Of a stretch of 64,000 bases of DNA, positions 38,401 through 47,751 are shown in pieces. A program made the translations under genes and the position numbers. The notes beneath the pieces were generated by a model. That model worked only from the letters and a program-made list of their open reading frames with translations, searched no databases and had not been told where the DNA came from. The stretch comes from Protoeuglena noctilucae. Its lineage: Eukaryota. Position 1 is the first letter of the stretch. Every line of letters starts with the position of its first letter. The stretch spans positions 682,001-746,000 of the forward strand of contig OY253685.1 in assembly GCA_958009085.1 (NCBI GenBank), given 5' to 3'.

Positions 38401-41400
38401 AGGAGGACGATGTCGCCATCCGCCACGGACGGGTAGGCCGTGCCGAGGGTCAGGTTCTGCGCCGTCGTGGACCCGGACGTGCCGAACGACTTAGTGTAGT
38501 CGGTCGAGGTGGCGGAGTTGGGGAGGTTGATGGTGTTGCCACTCGTGCACGCGACGCTGATGGATGCCCCCGCGTTTGCGCCGTTGAGCTTGACGGCGAG
38601 CAGGTAGCCCGCGGTCGGCGTCATGTATTCCTTGTCGACGACCTTGACCGTGCTGGGCACGATGGTCCCCGAGCTGAGGGAGCTCCCGCTGGTCAGGGAC
38701 GTGCTGGAGCCAGCCACGACGAGGATCTGCATGGGCTGGATCACGATGCTGACCGAGAAGCCGTCCGAGGTCGTCAGGTGGTTGGCCGCCGTCGTGACCT
38801 TGCACGTCAGCGTGACCGTCTTCGAGGCCGTGATGGAATTCGGAGTGTTGAGGGTCACGTTGACCGGAGTCGTGGTCGTCACGGCAGCTGCCGTGGGGGC
38901 TGTGCTGAAGTCGTTTGTCCCAGACTCCGTGCAGGTCAGCGCGTTGGCGCCGCCCGAGTTGCCATTCAGCGCCACCGTGAGCACCGTGCCGCCCGCGTCG
39001 GCCTGGCCCTCCACTACGACCACCTGGCCGAGGGAGCTGCTGCCGATGGTCGACACGATGGCCGTGTTCGCGCCGTATGCCGTCAGGTTGCCTGTGCTGT
39101 CGACGGACTTGTAGGCGGCCGACTGGGCGTACACGATGAAGCCCAGCGGCTGGAGCGTGAGGTTGAGCTGGAAGCCGTCGGACGTGGTCAGGTGGTTGCC
39201 AGCTGAGCTGACCTTGCATGTCAAAGTGATGCTAATGGGGGAGCTCAGGTCTGCGACCGTCTTCATGTCCATGGCCACATGGGTCGTGTCGGTGACGTTC
39301 GAAACAGTCGGGACCGTGCTGTTGACAAAGTTAGAGGCAGTGGCCGTCGAGCACGTTAAAGCGTTGGCGCCTCCTGATGCACCGTTAAGCGAGACCTGAA
39401 TCGTGTTGCCTGCCGTGTCGGCCTGTCCCTCAAGCAGGTACACCGTCGTGTTGGAGGCTCCACTGATGGCAGCGGTGATGGCCGTGGCGGAGCTGAACGT
39501 GGCGAGCACGTTGGTCGACGCCACGCTCTTGATGGCGCCCGACTGGGCCGTCACGATGAAGCCCAGCGGCTGGAGCGTGAGGTTGACGCTGAAGCCATCG
39601 CTGGTCTGCAGGTGGTTGCCCGCCGCAGCCACCGTGCACGTCAGCGTGATGGTCTTGGCCGTGGACAGGTCGGCGATTGTGTTCATATTGACAGCCACGT
39701 TGGTCGTGGTCGTCACGGGGAGGACGGTGGGGACGACACTGTTGGAGAAATCAGAGGCGGTCGTCGTCGTGCACGACATCTGGTTGGCGCCGCCCGAGTT
39801 GCCGTTCAGCTGCACCTGGAGGACCGTGCCGCCCACGAGGGCAGCCGTGACCCCGCCGAGCGGGTTCCCGAGCGCCGTGGCCAGGGCCCCCCGCCGAGCG
39901 GGTTCCCGAGCGCCGTGGCCAGGGCCGTCGCGTTGGTGGCCGCGCTGGTCGAGCTGACCGTGAACGTGAGGGCCGTGGACACGTTGGAGCCAGTGAGAGC
40001 GTAGAGGACTTTCACCGTATCGTTTGCAGCCCAGGTGCCTCCGAGGTAAACGACGTCCACTGCTTTCACGTTGGTGTTCTTCGCGATGGCATTGGCCCCG
40101 GCGACGGTCCCCGCCGTCGACGACACCACCGTGGGAGTGGTCGTCTGGGCCGTGTTGGCCGTGCCTGCCGTGATGGTGAAGGCGTTCGTCGTGCTGAGCG
40201 CGGCCGTCCCATTCAACACCTTGGACAGGGCGGCCGCGAGGGCGCTTGCGACAGTGGTGGTCGACGCGGCAGAAGTTGAGTCGAGCGTCAGAGTGACGAC
40301 GACGTTCCCGATGGTCACCGTAACGGTGTTGCCGGTCGCAGGAGTCCCGCCGATGGTGATCGTGTCGACCTGCTTCGTGCCCGCCGCGTTGGCCGTCGTC
40401 GTGGCCTGGGTAGCCGTCGTCGCAGTCCCCCCCGTGGCGGTGACCGTGTAGGTCGGCAGCGCCGTGCCCGCCGTCGCGGCGGTGATGGTGACCACATTTG
40501 TGCTGCTGGAGATCGCGGCGCCGCCGAGCTGCGGGCCCAGCGCAGTCTTGAGCCCCGCGATGACCTGCGCCAGGGTCGTCCCATCCGTCGAGTTGACCGT
40601 GTACTTCCACGACACGGCTGCACCGGTGGTCGAGTCGGCGACAGTGATCGTGTCGGTCGCCACAAACGTGCCGCTGAGGGCGATTGCGTCTACCTGCTTT
40701 ACGTTGGTGCTCTTGGCCACAATGGCGGAAGCGAGGCCCCCCACGGCGCTGGAGCCTGTCCCCACCTGGGCAACAGTGACCGTGTACGTGTCAATCGCCG
40801 CATTCACCGCTGTGGCAGTGAGCACGAGGACGTTGTCCGTGGCGATGGTGGCGCCGCCAAGCGGCGAAGCCACCGCGGCCTTGACCCCCGCGGCCACGTT
40901 GGCAAGCGTCACCCCGTCGGTGCTGTTGGCCGTGTACGTGACCGTCGTCTTCACGTTGGTCGTGTCCACCTCCACGGCCACGGTATCGGTCGCAACGTAG
41001 GTGCCGCTGAGGGCCACCTGGTCCTGCTGGAACGCAGTGGTACTCGCTGCAACAACACTTTGCTTAGTACCTGCGGCACTTGACCCTGTCCCGACCCTGC
41101 TAACGGTCAGCGTGGTCGTGAACGACGAGTTGACTGCGCCAGCCGTCAGCAGCAGCGCCCCGGCCGTCGAATCCGCGTCGGTCTGCCCTTCCAGCAAGAA
41201 GACCGTGTCATTGCTCGACCCGCCCTTCACGGCCGTCAGCGTCGTGGCAGAGCCGAACGGGGTGAGCACGTTAGTCGACGCCACGCTCTTGGTGGCGCCC
41301 GACTGGGCCGTCACGATGAAGCCCAGCGGCTGGGCGATGACGTTGACAGCGAACCCGTCGCTTACCGTTACGAAGTTATCCGCTCCGCTGCTGACGACGC

Positions 41401-43397
41401 AGGTGACGACTGAGGAAGTCGCCGTAGCTACGTCGCTGAAGGTCTTGAGGTCAACGCCGACCCCGGTGCCAGACAACGAGTTGGCGCTCGCCACGGCGGA
41501 CGCAAGGGCGGGGGTGGCCGAGTACGTCGCCCCCGTCGTCGAGCAAGTGAGGGTGTAGCTGCCCCCCGAGGGCACGGCGTTCATGTAGACCTTGAGCGTG
41601 TTCCCAGAGCTGTCAGCCTGCCCCTCGAGGCGGTACACTGTGCCGTTGCTTGGACCGTTTACGACGGACACCAGCGCCGTCTCGGCGGTGAAGTAGGCGA
41701 GCTCGTTCGTGGTCTTGATGCTCTGAATGGCCGTGGTCTGGGCTTTGACGATGAAGCGCACGGGATCAGCGATGACCGTGAAGGTCACGCTATCGGTGGT
41801 GCTGAGCCCGCCAGCGGCCGAGCTGGGGGCGCACGTGACCGTGACGGACTTCTGCGCGCTGATGGCGGCAGCCGTGCCGATGGTAACGTTGACGGCGGTG
41901 GCAGTAGAGATGCTGCTGGCGACCGTCACGCTAGGGATGACCGTCGTGTCGCTGGGGGTGCAGGTGATGGTCACGGCAGCGGTCGGGGCCGAGTTGGCCT
42001 TGATTGTGACCGTGCCGCCCGCAGTGTCCGCCTGCGCCTCGATGCGGACCACCTGATTGTTGCTGGATGTCAGATCCGTGTTGGCTTTGAAGTTTGTGTA
42101 CGTGCCATCGGTGTTGATGGACTGGATGGCGCCGTTGGCTGCAGTGATGACCAGCTTGAGCGGGGTGGCGGCCACGTAGGTTGACGCCGTGCTGTAGACG
42201 CGCCCGGCGGCGTTGGTGGCCGTGCAGGTGAGCAGGATGTTGGAGGCGGTGCTGATGGACTGCACTGCCGGCAGCGTGATGCTCGAGGCCGAGGTGCCCG
42301 AACCGCTGGCGATGGAAACCGTGTAGTCGGTGCTGGTCGTGCTGTTGGCGAGGACGGCGCTCATGGTGCTGTCGACCAGGCACGTGACTGTCAGCGCCTC
42401 GGGGGCGTTCTGGTCCAGGACCACCTTGAAGAGGCCTCCGGCCCCGTAAGCGTTGCCCTCGATGGCCTGCACGCTGTCGTTGGTCGTCAGCTTCTGATTG
42501 GTCAGGAAGTTGGCCCCCGTGTCGCCGCGCATGGCGCTCGTGCCGGGGACGATGGAGAGCACCAGCGGGGTCGCCGTGACGGTGGTGGTCGCCACGTCGG
42601 TGGACGTCGTCTTGGCCGAGGAGAGGTAGGCGCCCGTGACGTCCGCGGCGACGGCGCACGTCAGGGTGGCGTCCACGCCGGCCGGGATGGGGTCCACGAC
42701 GTCAACCGTGAAAGCGTAGCTGGCGGCCGTCAGGGTCGTCGGGAGCGTGGTGCCCGACGTCGCGCTGAGGGCGCACGTGATGGTAACGGCCGTCGTCCCC
42801 GCCCCGCACACGAGCCCGGAGGCGCAGGCCGACCCGGACGTGAGGGAGGGGAAGGCGATGGTGACGGGGTTCGTGGAGCTCGCCGAGGCCAGCGTGTACT
42901 GGTTGCTGGCGGCAACGGGCGAGGTCGTCTTGGAGGTGACGGTGACCTTCGAGGCGCTGCCGATGCTCCCGGTCGTGCCCGACGTGCAGGTCAGGTCGAA
43001 CGAGCCGCCGTCCGCCACAGGGGAGACGACCTGAAGGACGACCTGGGCGTTCAGGTCCGAGACCTTGGAGCCGCTCGTGACAACGACGGCGGGGCCGCTG
43101 ACCAGGGCCGTGGTCGCGTCCGTGGTCGTGCTGCCCGTGCTCAGGAGCGTCGACTTGGCGGCGTAGAAGGCGAGGTCGCTTGCCGTCGCTTGGGCGAAGC
43201 CCGCGAGGCCGAGCGCCAACGCGCTGGCTATGATGAGAGACCTGCGCGGCGCGCAGAGGACCAAAGGCGCCGTAAGAGCGAGCGGGTGCGAGGGCAAGGG
43301 GTGATGACAAAACCTGTCCGTCATAAGGCGGGCTCGCGCGCGGAGACCGCCAAGAGTCCATCGGAACAGAACGGCATGCTGGTACGCACCTAAACAT
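32438..43397 (-). CDS. Giant (~3,560 aa) Thr/Ala/Ser/Val-rich repetitive cell-surface protein with signal peptide and GPI-type tail; frame broken by a 38-bp duplication
   Basis: Exon1 ATGTTTAG (43390-43397), intron 43242-43389, ~10.4-kb exon2, intron 32774-32867, exon3 to TGA at 32438. N-terminus MFRSLIIASALALGLAGFAQA; about 20-22 repeats of ~125 aa each with two conserved Cys; C-terminus ...TSRRALLD...PTPAPT...KKSSAFMAATGSSLLAASMLLAALL*. Confidence 0.85.
39851..39926. repeat. Perfect 38-bp tandem duplication causing a frameshift in the giant gene
   Basis: ccccgccgagcgggttcccgagcgccgtggccagggcc at 39851-39888 and 39889-39926. Confidence 0.95.
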
Positions 43398-44555
43398 GAC
43401 GTCGTTCGCTTCCGCTCGACGCCTCCTACAAGAGATAGACACGGAAGTCCTGCAGGTCATGAGGTTCACGCAATGGTTGCCGCACGCGACAGGCGAACGA
43501 ACCAGTCAAAGACCGCGACAGACGAGCATTCACGGCAGTCAAGTCGCCACGGGCTGAGTGGGATCGGGCCGCGGGCCGCGGGCCGACGGCGACCAGGTGC
43601 GCGGCCAAAACAACGGTTCCAAGCGCCTGTGCGGGTCCCTGCTGATTTAAGCGTGCTGAAATTTACTCACTTGGCTAAGCGGGAGGGCCCCCGATCGACC
43701 CTGCAGTCCCTGCGGGCGCGCAGATGCCACCAGATGCGCGCGATCCGGTGCCCTGCGCAGCTGATGGGTTTCGCAGGACCCCGAAACGATGTGTGCTGGA
43801 GACGTGGCCGGCCTCGCTCCTTTCAGGACCGCCGAGTTGGCCAGACTCATCGGGGTGCGGGGCGCGGGGCTGGAACTCGCTTTCTGACACGAAATGGACG
43901 AGGTCTGCGGAATCCGATGCAGCAGGCGATCCTTGACAACGGCAGCTGCTTAGCCGCTGTAGAACTGACCATTCGCAATGATACGTGGCCCACGATTGTC
44001 ATCTCATGGCTTGCCTCGCCAAGACAAAACGTGTCCGTCACACATTTTGAGTCTTTTGAGGCTTTGAGTTTGCAGTACTAAGGCTTAAGACATAAAAGAC
44101 TCTAGGAAAATAAGCAAAGATTTTTCGGTGCCTCAGCGGGGATTTTGTGCATCGGAAGCCTTGCATTCGACGCTCGTTTCCACCTTGGAAATAATGTTCG
44201 TATGTTTTGATTTGTCTCAGCCAGACGGAAAGATTTGTTTGCCCCGGAGAGTCATGCATGAGAATGAAAATACGTTTTCTTTTTCATGCGTCTTTTTTTG
44301 TTGTTGTCGGTTTTTTTGTTTGTTTGATGAATAATTGCAGTCGGGGAGAAAATACCATCGTAGAAGACCGCTTGCTTTGAAAAAAAGCACGGGTATTTTC
44401 TCAGGTCGACGTCTTTTTGCGACGATTTCTTTCCTGTAATTCTATTATAAATAGTTCGTTTTTCCTGAGCAGTGCAAGACGCGAACCAGTGTAGATGATG
44501 CACTTTTAGTAAGCTTTTTTTCTTCAGACTCGTCCGGGCATCCTTGCCATGGCTC

Positions 44556-46913
44556 CATCGGGATTCCAGGGCCCTGCCCGAACTGCCCGAACCCGCCCTA
44601 ACGCGCCCCAACTGCCCGAACTCCCCGACCCTTGGGCAGTTTGGGCGCCCAGGGCCGCCCCGCCCCGCATGGTCTGACGGGGCCCCGCGCGCGCGCGGCG
44701 CATCGGAAGAGCCCGCTGGTGGTAGCTAGTGGCGCATATTTGAAAGTTACGGAGCTCACCGCCTGTCTTGGCCACCCCCGGCCTCTGCGCGACGAGATGG
44801 CCGGGGGTCCCCGCGGCAGGCCCCGCTCCCGGCGCGCGTGCCGCTGCCGGGCGAGGTCCGGAGGGGCCAGCGAGGTTTTTGGAGGGTCATGAAGCCGTGG
44901 CTCCAGCCGCGTCCAGCAGTTCGGCCCATTAGCGGCCGGGAGCGTCAGATGTCAACAGCGGGGCAGAGCCGACGACAGGTGCGGTGTTCAAAGCCAACGG
45001 TTCTCTTCACGGCTTTTTCGTTATCTGAAATACGCGATGCGCCCGCCCTAGCTAGCTTTCCGGGCTTGCGCAGCGCTGGAGCAGCCCGCCTGGGCCGCGG
45101 GCCTACCCGGCGCCTTGCGTAACTTTCGTGCTCGGGAACCTGCCCTGACGAAAGCTTCATCTACTTGTGAAGCCTGCAGCTCAGGATGATCCAGGAGTGG
45201 TTGATCCGCGGCGGGGGACTCGGGCCACACAGGGCAGGGTGTCTTCGCGCCCTTCGCGCGGACGCCCCGCAACTCCGATGGGCGCGATGGCGGCCTAGGT
45301 GCGTGCGTTAGGTATCAATCTGTGCCGTGGCCATGTGATTCCGCACGGTCCCGCGCAATGGCGGCTACCAGGCCCTCCGCGCTCGCAGGAGATTGCCGCC
45401 ACGCCCAGGGCAGACTGAAGGGGGTTTGGCGACCATGTTCCATGCCCGTAGGTTGCTGCTGTGCGACGCGCAACTCCAGGTCCAACCGCATCCGCACAGG
45501 ACGACCAGCATGAGCCTGGGCAAGGTGAGCGACGCGGCTTGGCATCGCACTGAGCCCACCGATGCTGTGGCGGGTAGCGCAGGTGGGTGGCGTGGGTGCA
45601 CAGCGTGGTAATGCAGGTGCGTTGCCCTTGCGCCGATGCATGCTTACGCTGCGACGGCAGCCTCGCTTCTCGTCACAAGTGCGAGTCCAGCCCTGTCGCG
45701 TGCTGCAGGTCGCGGTCATGGACACGGATGGACGCGCATGACCACTGAGGAGTTGTCGTGAAGGCCAGCAGCAAGTGCACCAGGTAAGAGTTTGTATTTG
45801 TGTGCGGGCGTCACAGCTGCGCCTCGCGGCCTGCGACAGCCAGTCTCAGGTGAGCAGCCAGCCGACGTGGTGCACGCAGTGTCCCTAGCCACGACCTTGT
45901 GCTGCTGGCTGTCCTTCTCGCCGTTCGCCGCCCAGCGTCGCTGCGCCAGGAGGGTGCCTTTGTGCCTGGCATGCCACGCCTGCCCCCGCCTGCCCCGCCC
46001 GGGCGTAGCCGGCAGCAGAGGTGCGCGCGCGTGCTGCATGTTGCCGCTGCCCGCGATCGCCGTACCTGACTCGGCCCACACTCTGCCGTGCACGCAGCGC
46101 GCTCGCGCCAAGTTGTGGCGGAGCGATATGGTCTCTAGGGGCCCGCAAGCGTCAAGACGGCTAGACAGGCCGCGTTCTCAGGTGCGTCACTCCTAGTCCC
46201 TGCCGGCTGCGCATGCCGGCCGCCCCGGGCAGCGCGCCTGGGGCTTGGGTTCTGCAGCGCCGTGCGCACACAAGTCCCCCGCGGCTAAGTCCCGCGACCA
46301 TCTGCCATGCCCAAGCGATGAGAGCCTTACCATGTGCCATTTAATGCTATGCAGCGCACTGCTCGCCGCGCCAGCCAGCCCGCCGCCGCGCAGCGGGGGC
46401 TAGAGTGTGCAGCTGCAGGCGCTTGCAGCTAGAGCCGCTCTCGTAGAAGCGGGGACGGCCGCTCCGTAACGGTGTGCCTGTCTAAATGCGAGAGTTGAAG
46501 CCATTACGCGCGTCAGAAGCCCGAAAGCCAGCCGAACCGGCCCGCCCGGGCTCCCGGAAGCCGCCCTGAAACGACGAAATTCGGCCCGCCGCGCCGCGCA
46601 GCAGGTCGTGTGCACGGCGCAGGCGGCGCGATGGCACTCGTTTGGCCTCCCGATGGCCCCCTGCGCCCCGCTGGGGCTGCGAGAAGCCCGGACTCGAGGC
46701 CCGGTTTCTCCCAGGCCCAGGCATCGGAAGGCCGCGCAGCTGCGTCCCGCGCTCGTGGCCGATCTCGCGCACCTGCCGGACGCGTCGCGAGCCATAAAGA
46801 CGGCTCTTTACCGTGTCCGGGGCCCCCGCCCGAACCGGACTGCCCAAAAAGGGTTGTAAAACTCCGAACTGGCGCAGTTCGGGCGTTTCGGGCGCGGGGC
46901 CGGAACCCCGATG
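44556..46913. mobile_element. Putative non-autonomous DNA transposon with imperfect terminal inverted repeats
   Basis: The left end catcgggattccagggccctgcccgaactgcccgaac matches the reverse complement of the right end (catcggggttccggccccgcgcccgaaacgcccgaac) at 29/37 ungapped. Both ends carry subterminal gcccgaac/gggcagtt repeats. No transposase ORF and no clear TSD. Confidence 0.45.
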
Positions 46914-47304
46914 TCATTTAAACAACATCTTCATTCGTTGCGTGGGCTGCAAGGGTTTCGCATGCCGAGGCAGGTGACAACCCGGGACACGTCATCTGAT
47001 TTGGTGTCCATGACAGCTGCTGAGGCCGCGTCCGCACGACCGCGATGGCGCCGCCCTGGTCCACGACGTTCTCCACGTCCTGCATGCGCAGACCCCAGCG
47101 CCTTCCCGACCTGCACGAAGCTATGCACATTAGATTGCGATCGATCGCGCGACTTGAGCTCGCCTCCCCCACCGAGCGCGTTCGCCTCTCGAGCTCGGAG
47201 CTGTTCACACCCTCTATACGCGTATCACGAGCCGCACCTCGACCGCGCGCGCTTGCGGGAGCGCCAGTTAGCTGGACCGGGAGCCGTCAGGGTGCCGCCG
47301 GACT

Positions 47305-47520
47305 GCGCCGCCGTCACCAACCTCGCAGGGCGGATGCGCCATGCCGCGCCCACGGACACTTGCCGATGCGCAGGCTGCGCGAGTCAGGCCAGCCGGGGCA
47401 CAGTACGTCTGCTGGCGACGGAGCGACCCGCCAGCGCGCGCGTCCCGAGGGAGTGCCGGCATGCCCACCCTCGCCCGCGCCGATCGCTTGCCGGACTCGT
47501 GCGCAGCTGCGACAGGCAGG
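47305..47520. repeat. ~220-bp direct repeat of 32138-32357
   Basis: cgccgtc.cc.acctcgcagg.cggatgcg...caggccagccggggcacag.acgtctgctggcgacggagcg...caggcagg present in both copies in the same orientation. Confidence 0.9.
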
Positions 47521-47751
47521 CATACACAGCACAGCGCGTGCGTTGTTCAAGCTCTCCATAGCGGAAACGCTGCTAGCAAGTGCTTCCACCGAGCCCCCGT
47601 CGTCAAGCCGCAACTTACTGGTACGGGCGCTCGCAGCAAGCACGGTACGAGCCCGCAACAATCGTGCTCGGCAGCAGGCCGGCACAGCGACCCTGCAACA
47701 GACGCTGCGCAACATGCCCAAGAGCCCTCGCCGCACCCAGCGCTGTCGCCC

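Noticed and set aside
39851..39926. 38-nt duplication as a tiny intron or programmed frameshift site
   Set aside because: No GT/GC...AG boundaries on the sense strand and no obvious slippery heptamer.
32438..43397. Giant gene as bacterial contamination or a prophage
   Set aside because: It has two in-phase GT-AG introns, a eukaryotic signal peptide and a GPI-like tail, and is flanked by repeats shared with intron-containing neighbours.
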